39,501 bases of DNA, taken from IMG/VR virus record IMGVR_UViG_3300031953_000056, positions 1-39,501 of that record; one strand, 5' to 3'. Numbering within the stretch: the stretch's first letter is position 1; every line of letters starts with the position of its first letter. Positions 1-7,822 of the stretch are shown in pieces. This DNA comes from a virus. Lineage: Duplodnaviria; Caudoviricetes. The position numbers and the translations under genes were made by a program. The notes beneath the pieces are model-generated. The model did no database searches. It was not told the DNA's origin and saw only the letters and a list, made by a program, of their open reading frames with translations.

Positions 1-148
1 CTTCCTGCGTCAGTATCGGATGGTTTGGGGTGACGGTGAGCTGTCGACCAGCGGCTGTGTCGATGACGACAACCTCGCCCTCAAACCAGCGAGAGTCCGC
101 ACCAACTACACCCGACGGCGCTGACACCGGCACAAAACCGGGGAAGCA
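1..148 (-). mobile_element. Intein/Hint domain N-terminal part, inserted at HPN|C of the minor capsid protein
   Basis: CFPGFVPV (block A, Cys1 codon 148-146) ... EVVVIDTAAGRQLTVTPNHPILT (block B TxxH, His codon 22-20). Confidence 0.8.
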
Positions 149-1084
149 GTTCGGGTGCCCCCAGCCTGCAGCTTTCGCTTGGTCGAGGGTGCCCGCAATC
201 TGCACAACAACCTGACGGTCTTCTGTCGCATGGGGAAGCGTCACACTGCCGGTCTGCCCGTTAGTGGAGAGAATCTTCCCAATCCACGGGGCACACTGTT
301 TGCAGGCGTCGATGCCACCGACGATGGTGACAAGGTTGAGGCCCGATTGCTGCATCCGCCATATGCCGGCATCTTCGTAGGCGCGGCGTACAGCGGTGCG
401 TCCGGCCATTTCTGCGTAGGAACCGATACGCCAGTTGCGGTCTGCCCGGTCTACGAATCCGGTGATGCCCTGTGACAGGAACTGTTGCACTGCCTGGGCT
501 TGTGCGACCTTCATGGTCTGTCCGGTGAGCATCTGTGATGATGCGGTGAACGAGATGACCTTTTGGTAAGCGTCTTGTGGGTAACGGGAAATGCGGAGGT
601 GCATCGCTTCAAGACGTGAACTGAGGTCAATGGTGAGCGCGGTAACAGCCTGTGTGGCATTGCCGGTTAGTGCGCTCGTCGACGGGAGTCGTGACGCCAT
701 CCGCAACCGTGCGGCAGCGGCGGCTTCACCTTCCTTCGCAGCGATGTCGATGAGTTCTTGCGCGAGCCCTGCACGACGCAACTTGTCAGTGACCTCAATG
801 GCGAGGAACTGCAGTTCACGGATGGACTGTGCCCGGTATGCGGCAAGTTCGGCAAACGCCCGGTTCTGGGCGATCCTGTCGGCGAGTGCTTGTGTCTGCT
901 CAGCGGTGAGTGTCGCAGTCGCTAGAGCCTGCTGCAACGCCACATCACGGTAGGAACGTTTCGCAATCTCACGGATCAGCTCATCCTCGGCACCGGCATA
1001 ACGGGCGGCGAGTTCGGCGCCTAGTTCTTCGATCAGATCAGCAGCAGGTGCAAGGTTCTCAGGGTCTGGAACGTAGAGGGGCAC
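1..1084 (-). CDS. Phage minor capsid protein (Phage_min_cap2-like), 3'-partial, intein-containing
   Basis: Not in ORF track (no stop in window). GTG at 1084 after GGAGGT SD; my translation MPLYVPDPENL...GITGFVDRADRNWRIGSYAEMAGRT...ACKQCAPWIGKILS...GWGHPNC; lies downstream of portal. Confidence 0.88.
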   Translation of the reverse strand, partial: MPLYVPDPENLAPAADLIEELGAELAARYAGAEDELIREIAKRSYRDVALQQALATATLTAEQTQALADRIAQNRAFAELAAYRAQSIRELQFLAIEVTDKLRRAGLAQELIDIAAKEGEAAAAARLRMASRLPSTSALTGNATQAVTALTIDLSSRLEAMHLRISRYPQDAYQKVISFTASSQMLTGQTMKVAQAQAVQQFLSQGITGFVDRADRNWRIGSYAEMAGRTAVRRAYEDAGIWRMQQSGLNLVTIVGGIDACKQCAPWIGKILSTNGQTGSVTLPHATEDRQVVVQIAGTLDQAKAAGWGHPNCFPGFVPVSAPSGVVGADSRWFEGEVVVIDTAAGRQLTVTPNHPILTQE

Positions 1085-1087
1085 GAG

Positions 1088-1192
1088 CTACCTCCGCGTC
1101 TTCTTCCGGCGATGCTGTTTGGTCTGCTGGATGCGGCCTTTGGCTTTCTTCGACATACGCGGTATGAAGCCCGACCGAGGAACCCAGGGCAT
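1088..1192 (-). CDS. 34-aa Arg/Lys-rich micro-protein MPWVPRSGFIPRMSKKAKGRIQQTKQHRRKKTRR
   Basis: ATG overlaps the upstream stop (TGATG); fills the gap to the minor capsid start; paralogous to the C-terminus of 1192..1386. Confidence 0.65.
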   Translation of the reverse strand: MPWVPRSGFIPRMSKKAKGRIQQTKQHRRKKTRR

Positions 1193-1386
1193 CAGCGACG
1201 TTTCCGCGTCTTCGCCTTGAGGTGAGCCTTCGTCTGCTGCATGCGACCGCGCGCCTTCTTTGACGTGCCCCGCATCTCATGCTGAATGTCGAACCACGAA
1301 ATGCCGCTGATGCGCTGCCCGCGACCCGTCGGATACATGAGCACAAGCAGCAAAGCGATGAGCATGCACAGCAAGAACTCGGTCAC
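1192..1386 (-). CDS. Small membrane-anchored basic protein
   Basis: N-terminal hydrophobic helix FLLCMLIALLLVLM and K/R-rich tail; GTGA overlap with the portal stop. Confidence 0.65.
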   Translation of the reverse strand: MTEFLLCMLIALLLVLMYPTGRGQRISGISWFDIQHEMRGTSKKARGRMQQTKAHLKAKTRKRR

Positions 1387-2987
1387 GGCAGCATCTCCTC
1401 GTCAGGTTCGCCGTTGAATGTGGCAGGATCCGGCGCAGGCTTACCCTGCTCCATCTGCACCCGGGCGATCTCTTCCTTGATCTCAGTCTCAGTAAGGTTG
1501 TCGTCACGCACACGCTCACGCACACGAGCCTCAAGAGAGATCGCACGAGCCATGTCAAGAATCTGCAACGTGCGTGCCCGCTTCTCCGGGTCTTCCTGTG
1601 AAATCTTCGCGAACGTGACCTCGGGGGCGTCAAACTCGCCGCCACCCTTACCGCCGAACACCACACCATCGATGGCCAGCGAGAGGCGTGCGAGCTTTGC
1701 GAGAGCAGGTCGTGCGTGGATGCCCTTCACGTCTCGTGTGGCCTCAGATTCGCTTCTGTCGTCGTTCACTTCCGTGGCGGTTTTGCTGCCGGACGGTTGA
1801 ACCTTCCCGAATTCCTTCGGTGACAGGCCGATTGTGCGCAACACACGACGTTCGAGAGCATCAATGATGTTCAGGTGTGTTTCGTCACGGATGTCGAACT
1901 GAGTCTGTGTGATCTGTGATGCCAAAGAGTCGCTAGCAGATCCGAGCGCGTTGATGCCCGAGTAGACCTGGCGGTACACATCGAAGGTGCCACCCTTACC
2001 AACGCCGGCAGTCTCAAGATATGACTCAGGGACGGTGAGGCGACCCTGCCCGTTGTCAACGTCACGGAACAGCGAAGACCACATCTGGTCGACCTTGTCG
2101 AAAACAGGTTCGTTGCCGAGGAAATCGGAACGACCAACGGACGCGAGTGGTCCGAACTGTTCCCAATCCGGGTTCGGCAGCATGTTCGGAATGTACGAAA
2201 CAGCCATCTCAGAGATACCTGTCGCAACACTGACCGTGTACTTACCATCAGTGGCGAGAGCCAGATATTCCACAGGAGAGATCAGGCCCGAAAGGTGTGC
2301 AGTCTCCGTGTGCTCAGTGATGGGCACAGCCTGACCAAGAACGTTCTCGCCACCCTTGTGGAGTGTGTACCGGATCAGGCCGGCCGTGTGCTCCTCGATG
2401 AGGCGGAAGATGATGTTTGCGTTGTCGGTGCGGTACTCAGTCCACAACTTCACCGACGACAGACGCCCGTGACGGAACGTGGGGATCGCAACATCAGCCC
2501 GGTACGCCTTGGGGAACACGTGGTCAGCAACTTCGGTGTCCCACACAGGGGCAAGGTAGGCACCACCCAGAGCGGATGCGTACTCGCCAGCAATCAGCAG
2601 CTGCGAGTGTGACTCGTCAGAACGCATGATCAGATCAAGGCGTGCCTGACCGGTCTTGTTCGTATCCTCGAAATCGGGGAGCTCAATGAGGGGTGCTTCA
2701 CCAAACAGCAACGATGACGACTTCTGGGCAACATCAGCAGGCAGCGGCAAATGCAGTTGGGTGCGGTTCTCACCCTCAGCAACAGGTTGCCCCCAGAACA
2801 TCTTCGAGAGACCACCGATAACACCACCACGGTGTGCGACACCCTTGTGCGTGTGCGTTGCGACACCAGTGCCGGAGTAGATCGCTTTGATGGTGGCCAT
2901 GTCACCAGACCACCAGGCGCGGTGTTCGTTGTAGCGTGCGCCCGCAATGTGGAAAGGGGAGGGTGGCCACTGGTCAGTGTTTGCCAT
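1383..2987 (-). CDS. Portal protein (SPP1 gp6/A118-like)
   Basis: 534 aa directly after terL; AAGGAGG SD; LHLPLPADVA, GRSDF, KTATEV segments typical of these portals. Confidence 0.9.
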   Translation of the reverse strand: MANTDQWPPSPFHIAGARYNEHRAWWSGDMATIKAIYSGTGVATHTHKGVAHRGGVIGGLSKMFWGQPVAEGENRTQLHLPLPADVAQKSSSLLFGEAPLIELPDFEDTNKTGQARLDLIMRSDESHSQLLIAGEYASALGGAYLAPVWDTEVADHVFPKAYRADVAIPTFRHGRLSSVKLWTEYRTDNANIIFRLIEEHTAGLIRYTLHKGGENVLGQAVPITEHTETAHLSGLISPVEYLALATDGKYTVSVATGISEMAVSYIPNMLPNPDWEQFGPLASVGRSDFLGNEPVFDKVDQMWSSLFRDVDNGQGRLTVPESYLETAGVGKGGTFDVYRQVYSGINALGSASDSLASQITQTQFDIRDETHLNIIDALERRVLRTIGLSPKEFGKVQPSGSKTATEVNDDRSESEATRDVKGIHARPALAKLARLSLAIDGVVFGGKGGGEFDAPEVTFAKISQEDPEKRARTLQILDMARAISLEARVRERVRDDNLTETEIKEEIARVQMEQGKPAPDPATFNGEPDEEMLP

Positions 2988-2996
2988 GAGGCCTCC

Positions 2997-4331
2997 TTAG
3001 GCTGCGAGCTTGATGTGTGGGCGCCAGATGTTCTCAGTCGTAACAACGGCGTAACGGGCGGCGTCAATCGCGTGGTCATTGACCTTCATGGGTTTGTCAT
3101 TGCCGAGCAGGGTCTGCTTCGGATCCCAGCTGTAACCGGGTGCCTCGCGGATAAAGTTCTTGCATCTGTCGGAGGTGATGAGCTTCTTGTCGTGGATGAG
3201 TGATGCGACGGTGCGGATGCCGTACAGCACCTCGTTGTCGGCCTGTGTCGTCGTGACGCCTTGCTGCGCGAGTTCGGTGCGCAGAGGTGCTGCCGACGGG
3301 TCGAGAATGACGAAACGAGGACGCATGCCGGCGCTGGAGTTCAGCGGCAAGTGTTCTTGATCGAGCCACGTTTTGAGTTCCCGCGACTGCTCCGATGGTG
3401 CGAGCTGTCGCTGTTCTATCTTCGAGTTGAAGTAGTACTCGTCGATGAGGAACAAGCGCGGTGCTGGCCGGTTGTACTGGTCGACCTCATCTGAGATGCC
3501 GAGCAGCAGTGCCGCGGTGGGGTTCGATGTTCCGTAGTCCATGCCGACGGCGATGAGTTCGCGCATTGGCGGCAGGTCATCCCATGAAATGACGAAGCCG
3601 AGCTTGATGTCAGGGTCGAACGTTTCGAAGATTGCACCCTCAGCAGCAACCCACTCGCCATTGACGTTGCGGCGGTAGAACAAGCCAGTGTTCTCGCGAC
3701 GAATCGCATCCTTGCGCGCTTCCGACAGCATCGGGTTGTCGTCGAGGAGGAACTTCCACACCCGCCAGTCAGGCAGGAACTGTGGGTGCTCAGGGTCACA
3801 GCGGTCAAGGAAGTTGACCTTGAACCAATGACCAGGTGAGTCCGGGTTTGTGGTGCCGAAGAGTTGCGCGCCCTCCCACAGGCGGTTGAGCAGCTGAGTG
3901 AAGAAGTCTTCCCGCAGGAGTGTGAGCTCATCAACGTATGCGCCGGCACAGGTGAGGCCACGGAGCACGTTCTCCGAACGGATGTCGGATGAACCCAGCA
4001 CCCACACCTTGCGGCCAAGAATCCAACCGTACGCGGCACCCGAGGTGTAGCTGACGTGCTTTGATACCGTGCCGAATAGCTCCGGATCCATGAGTGGCGC
4101 GAAGACGTTACGGGCTGCCGAGTCTCGTGTGCGAGAAACGACGACGAGTTCGCCACGGATTGTCGACGTCGCAACATAAATCAGCCAGCGAGCGAGCGAC
4201 GCAATGGTCTTTCCCGAACGTACCGAGCCTTCCCAAATGTTGATGCGTGCGTTCGACTCACGGAGAGAGCAAATCTGCTTGTCGGACATTGGAGCCCTGA
4301 ACGCAGAGTTCGCGGGAAGCCCCTCGGTCAT
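2997..4331 (-). CDS. terL: Terminase large subunit (PBSX-like)
   Basis: Walker A GSVRSGKT, Walker B AYVDE, coupling motif TTNP, nuclease motifs GMDYG and NDHAIDAARY. Confidence 0.95.
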   Translation of the reverse strand: MTEGLPANSAFRAPMSDKQICSLRESNARINIWEGSVRSGKTIASLARWLIYVATSTIRGELVVVSRTRDSAARNVFAPLMDPELFGTVSKHVSYTSGAAYGWILGRKVWVLGSSDIRSENVLRGLTCAGAYVDELTLLREDFFTQLLNRLWEGAQLFGTTNPDSPGHWFKVNFLDRCDPEHPQFLPDWRVWKFLLDDNPMLSEARKDAIRRENTGLFYRRNVNGEWVAAEGAIFETFDPDIKLGFVISWDDLPPMRELIAVGMDYGTSNPTAALLLGISDEVDQYNRPAPRLFLIDEYYFNSKIEQRQLAPSEQSRELKTWLDQEHLPLNSSAGMRPRFVILDPSAAPLRTELAQQGVTTTQADNEVLYGIRTVASLIHDKKLITSDRCKNFIREAPGYSWDPKQTLLGNDKPMKVNDHAIDAARYAVVTTENIWRPHIKLAA

Positions 4332-4807
4332 GAGACACCAAGGAACGCGCCAAGCTCAGCGAGCATGCTCTTGGCCGAAGCCTCGTCCGGGTCGCCTTCT
4401 GCCTCAACCACTTTCGTCAGCTTGTCGAAGGTGATGCCAGCCGTCACGATAATGCTGCGCTTCACCTCGACAGGCGCCGAATCCAGAATGTGCTCGGCGT
4501 AGTCATTGTCCTTGCCGCCGAAGTTGTACACAAGGTACTCGTCATCGATCGCGTCAAGCATCGACTCAGCAGCCGACGACATCTTCTCGGCGAGCCGAAT
4601 CCGAGCAGCTGCGAGATCCACCGTGTGTGCCTTGTTCGCGGCGTCCACCTGTGCGCGGTCAAACACCAGCCCCTCAGCCTCAGCCCACCGCGAAATGGTT
4701 GCTGCGCCAACTCTGAGAGCCTTCGCGATCGCATTGCAACCAAGACCCTGATCGAAGAGCGCTCGAGCCTCATGCCCGCGTTTAGTCTGGAATGTTCCAA
4801 CGGCCAT
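4328..4807 (-). CDS. terS: Terminase small subunit (N-terminal HTH)
   Basis: ATG at 4807 after GAGGTGA SD; HTH CNAIAKALRVGAATISRWAE; ATGA overlap with terL. Confidence 0.8.
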   Translation of the reverse strand: MAVGTFQTKRGHEARALFDQGLGCNAIAKALRVGAATISRWAEAEGLVFDRAQVDAANKAHTVDLAAARIRLAEKMSSAAESMLDAIDDEYLVYNFGGKDNDYAEHILDSAPVEVKRSIIVTAGITFDKLTKVVEAEGDPDEASAKSMLAELGAFLGVS

Positions 4808-4872
4808 AAGGATCACCTCGGTTGCGCCGCCTGGACGCGTTCGGATGAGGCTCAGCCTCGGGGGTTGTAGGG

Positions 4873-4982
4873 TTCGGCAGGCTTTCGCAGGAATCACCTC
4901 ACCCGGGAAAGGTAACGGGTGGTGCTCGAAGCTGGTGTCCTTCGCCTGTGATTCCATTCAGCGTTGACGTTGGCCTGCCGAA
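4873..4982 (-). ncRNA. Multi-helix structured RNA domain of unknown class in the terS leader
   Basis: Nested perfect helices: 4873-4882/4973-4982 (10 bp), 4890-4897/4948-4955 (8 bp), 4900-4905/4916-4921 (6 bp). Confidence 0.55.
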
Positions 4983-5031
4983 GTTTGTGTCGCCCCTAGG
5001 TCTCCAGTTATTCCCCAGCTTGGGAGACTCC

Positions 5032-5082
5032 ACGGGACGCTCGAAGGAGCGTTTCACGCCGTTGCAGGCGATCTTCAGCCGT
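5032..5082 (-). ncRNA. Hammerhead ribozyme, type I
   Basis: Minus-strand RNA: ACGG-CUGAAGA-U-CGCC-UGCAAC-GGCG-U-GAAA-CGCUC-CUUC-GAGCG-UC-CCGU. All conserved core residues, three stems, GUC cleavage triplet (cut between 5036 and 5035). Confidence 0.88.
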
Positions 5083-5155
5083 TTAGGTGCTGGGCTAGAT
5101 GTTCACTTGTCAGGGCGACTGGTGAACCCGCGGTCTTTGTTGGGCGCAAGAGATA

Positions 5156-5210
5156 CACGGCACGTTGCCTGACGCTATGACCTTGGGTCATTCATTCAGG
5201 GCGGGCCGTG
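5156..5210 (-). other. Long interrupted hairpin in the late leader
   Basis: CACGGC/GCCGUG, CCUGA/UCAGG and AUGACC/GGUCAU nested pairings. Confidence 0.55.
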
Positions 5211-5284
5211 AGTGAGTTCCGAACTCGCGCGAGGTGTGCACGCTCTTGGCGGCTAGTTGGATGCTCGGCGGTCGGAAGTGGTTG

Positions 5285-5324
5285 CACGAAAAAGGCCCCC
5301 AACCGAAGTCGAGGGCCTTTCGTG
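5285..5324 (-). terminator. Intrinsic terminator just downstream of the putative late promoter
   Basis: AAAGGCCCUCGAC-UUCG-GUUGGGGGCC-UUUUU: cUUCGg tetraloop and U tract. Confidence 0.8.
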
Positions 5325-5372
5325 AAGTTTTGATGCACGCAGGTTTTTTACAGACTAATGCAGTGCCCTCCC

Positions 5373-5381
5373 ATTATGGCA
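5373..5381 (-). promoter_or_regulatory. Putative extended -10 late promoter (TGcCATAAT)
   Basis: TGn-CATAAT overlapping the stop of the upstream gene, pointing into the terS leader; no clear -35. Confidence 0.45.
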
Positions 5382-6111
5382 CATCAGAATGACAACGGTG
5401 TAGTTCGTCGGCGTGTCCCGGTTCTGGGTTTTCGTCAATCTGGGGGTTGTCAAGTTCCCAAGCGAACCCTCTAACGCCGGCGGATCCGGTTGCTCTCCAT
5501 GCACAGCATCCGCATTCGACTGCGCTCTGTTCGAGGCCGCCCTGTCCATCTGGCCGGTAGGTGGCGGTGAGGGTGACGCGTTTCTCTTTGTCGTACCAGC
5601 GTCCGCCTTTGCCGTTGTCTCCTGAGTTGAGGACTTTCTCGAACCAGCCGAATCCGCACTGGGGGCAGGGGTAGGGCTGTTTGTTGGTGGGGTTGATGAG
5701 CTCGAGGATGATGGGGGCGGTTATTTTTGCTTCGATTCGTGTCTCCCATGCTCCCCACATGTCAGACCACCGGTCGATGTCGGTTTCGTCGGCGGTGACC
5801 ATGAACGTGGTGTACCAGGTGCGAAGGTTTTGTTCTGGTGTGAGGTGCGGCACCTTGTCGGAGATTTTGTGGAGCTCGGTGAGGATGAGTGCTTCGAGGG
5901 TGTCGTATTGCTCGAGGGCGTCGGTGTCGAATGGCACTTTGGAGGTTGATGCGGCGAGGCCGTTGCCTCCGGTGAGGGTGGATGCGATCGCGTCTCTGAG
6001 GAGCTTGATGAGTGGGTCGCGTCTTACCCAGCGTGGGCGTCCTTCGATGTTGGCCCGGTACGGGTGCTCTATTGTGAGTCGGTCGACGATGTCGAGGAGT
6101 GTGTTCGTCAT
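5374..6111 (-). CDS. Zn-finger protein, putative late-gene regulator
   Basis: 245 aa, CPQC...CGCC motif, AGGAG SD; last early gene before the late leader. Function inferred from position only. Confidence 0.5.
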   Translation of the reverse strand: MTNTLLDIVDRLTIEHPYRANIEGRPRWVRRDPLIKLLRDAIASTLTGGNGLAASTSKVPFDTDALEQYDTLEALILTELHKISDKVPHLTPEQNLRTWYTTFMVTADETDIDRWSDMWGAWETRIEAKITAPIILELINPTNKQPYPCPQCGFGWFEKVLNSGDNGKGGRWYDKEKRVTLTATYRPDGQGGLEQSAVECGCCAWRATGSAGVRGFAWELDNPQIDENPEPGHADELHRCHSDVP

Positions 6112-6120
6112 TGTGGGCTC

Positions 6121-6210
6121 CTAATCTTTCAGAATCAATGCGATGGCCACGGCAGCGATGGCGATGAAACCCACGGCGGCCAGGATCGTTTCGGACATCA
6201 GCTCGGTCAT
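6121..6210 (-). CDS. 29-aa single-TM micro-protein
   Basis: MTELMSETILAAVGFIAIAAVAIALILKD; ATGA overlap with the upstream gene. Confidence 0.55.
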   Translation of the reverse strand: MTELMSETILAAVGFIAIAAVAIALILKD

Positions 6211-6431
6211 GGTGTCTTCTGGTCGTGTTCGTTCTGCAGGTCGGTGATGCGTTGTTCCCATGTGGTGCGGCCGGTTCGGAGGCCGTCGATCCTTGCGGTG
6301 AGGTCTTGGCCGCGTTGGGTGCGGCGTTGTTCTCGGTTCATGGCTTCGAACTCTTCGATTTGGGCGATGAACTGGGCGAGGATGTAGTGGGCGGTGGAGA
6401 GTTGCTCTTTGATGGGGCGTCCGGTGGTCAT
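6207..6431 (-). CDS. Hypothetical coiled-coil protein
   Basis: ATGA-coupled at both ends; AAAGG SD. Confidence 0.7.
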   Translation of the reverse strand: MTTGRPIKEQLSTAHYILAQFIAQIEEFEAMNREQRRTQRGQDLTARIDGLRTGRTTWEQRITDLQNEHDQKTP

Positions 6432-6736
6432 GGTGTGCCTTTCGTGTCGGTGGTGGACATGCCTCGCAGCACGATCTTCGCTGCGGCGACACCTTGTCCG
6501 GGCTTGATGAATTCAGGGTCGTTTTGGATGCGCTCACACACGGTCGCCGCCTCTTCCAGCGATTCCCGGCGCACCTTCTCGGTAAGGGTTGCGTCATGGG
6601 CAGCAAGCCAGCGGTCAAACCGCTCGTGACCTTCTGCGCGTGCCGCCTCTACGGGCTTAGCGCGATCCGTTGCTGTCGTCGCGGCGTAACCAACCATGAT
6701 CCGCAACCAGCTAGTCGTCGGTGTGTAGTCACTCAT
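6428..6736 (-). CDS. Hypothetical phage protein
   Basis: Start MSDYTPTT after GGAGG SD; FDRWLAAHD motif common in actinophage early genes. Confidence 0.7.
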   Translation of the reverse strand: MSDYTPTTSWLRIMVGYAATTATDRAKPVEAARAEGHERFDRWLAAHDATLTEKVRRESLEEAATVCERIQNDPEFIKPGQGVAAAKIVLRGMSTTDTKGTP

Positions 6737-6738
6737 GG

Positions 6739-6813
6739 TCACCGCCTCCGATCGAACATCGACATGATGCCAACAATGGCAAAACAGATAAGAGCAATCA
6801 GGAAGAACTCCAT
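6739..6813 (-). CDS. 24-aa TM micro-protein MEFFLIALICFAIVGIMSMFDRRR
   Basis: TGATG overlap with the upstream stop; hydrophobic helix plus basic tail; fills the operon gap. Confidence 0.55.
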   Translation of the reverse strand: MEFFLIALICFAIVGIMSMFDRRR

Positions 6814-7286
6814 CACTCACCACCCCCCAGAGCAGCCACAAGAGCGGCACGAGCCATAGCCATGCGCACATCCCGGTTGTGCAGTACATCAAGTTTCGGC
6901 CAATGCAGGCTCGGCCACATCATGCGGTTGAGGATCGACAGCGCGGCCTTCTCCACCATCTCGTCTGTCACCTCTACCGGCTGAGAAGCACTGCGGAGGG
7001 CGGTGATGAGGAGATCTGCAAGATGATGTTCGTCGCCAGCGTTCCACCCATCAGGGCGCTCCATGTCATCCCACCTCGCGAGCAGTGCTCCCAATTCGGT
7101 GTCGGATGGTGCAGCCTCAACCTTGCGGGATGCCTGCCCGACGAGAGCCTGTAGCGCTTCGTCAAGCTCATCCTCGGAGTTGATCTCCCATCCTGCGCCC
7201 CCTAGCGCGTCGCACGCAGCCTCTCGGTATCGCGCGATGCGCTCCGACATGATGCGCTCGGTGTGTGCTTCGTCTTCGATACTCAT
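6813..7286 (-). CDS. Hypothetical phage protein
   Basis: Coupled in operon; GAGGTG SD; VTDEMVEKAA...ARAALVAAL motif seen in phage early proteins. Confidence 0.7.
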   Translation of the reverse strand: MSIEDEAHTERIMSERIARYREAACDALGGAGWEINSEDELDEALQALVGQASRKVEAAPSDTELGALLARWDDMERPDGWNAGDEHHLADLLITALRSASQPVEVTDEMVEKAALSILNRMMWPSLHWPKLDVLHNRDVRMAMARAALVAALGGGE

Positions 7287-7822
7287 GAGGACACCTCACC
7301 TGTTGCTGGCGTATCCCGGACTTCTGTCGGGGCATACTTTGCGTGAAGCAATATCGGGTTTTGCGAGAACTCCTCCGCTATTTCAGGGCGGTGCTTCATA
7401 AGCGCATCGAACCACGACCACCCCTCAATGGCTGGGAGAGTATCGTTGCCGACGTACTCGACCGTGAACCGGATGGCTTCTGCAAGTTCATCAATCGCAG
7501 CCACGCAAACACCGACGGTCTCGTCCTTGCCCTGTGCGATCTTGAACCAATCTTCGAGAGTGAACCCGTTGATGGTCTGAGGTGGCGCAGGTTCGGTCGG
7601 TGCGGTGACAGCGGCTTCCAACTCGGCAATCCGTTTGCGTGCCCTCACCAACTCCGCCCAATACTTCGAGGCCATATGCGGCGACTGCGAGAACGGGTCC
7701 GTCTGTTCCGCTGCGAGGACACACGCCCCCTGTAGGAAACCGCCGACAATATACTCAGGACAAGAAAGCCCAAGCCCGTCCTCGGGGCCGTGATTGTGGA
7801 CAGGTGGATTCTTCCGGTTCAT
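7283..7822 (-). CDS. Hypothetical phage protein
   Basis: 179 aa, ATGA-coupled in the minus-strand operon. Confidence 0.7.
   Translation of the reverse strand: MNRKNPPVHNHGPEDGLGLSCPEYIVGGFLQGACVLAAEQTDPFSQSPHMASKYWAELVRARKRIAELEAAVTAPTEPAPPQTINGFTLEDWFKIAQGKDETVGVCVAAIDELAEAIRFTVEYVGNDTLPAIEGWSWFDALMKHRPEIAEEFSQNPILLHAKYAPTEVRDTPATGEVSS

Noticed and set aside
1059-1346. 95-aa ORF from the track
   Set aside because: Overlaps the 64-aa gene and the minor capsid start; the coupled 34-aa paralogous frame explains the region better.
4873-4982. Second (type III) hammerhead or HDV-like ribozyme
   Set aside because: CUGAAUG does not fit CUGANGA, there is no UH after the candidate stem III, and no HDV P1/P1.1 can be built; kept only as an unclassified structure.
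4808-5172. ORF-track N-terminal extension of terS (to 4957) and plus-strand ORF 4948..5172
   Set aside because: A good SD precedes ATG 4807; the extension and antisense ORF lack clear SDs or protein-like features and overlie RNA helices.
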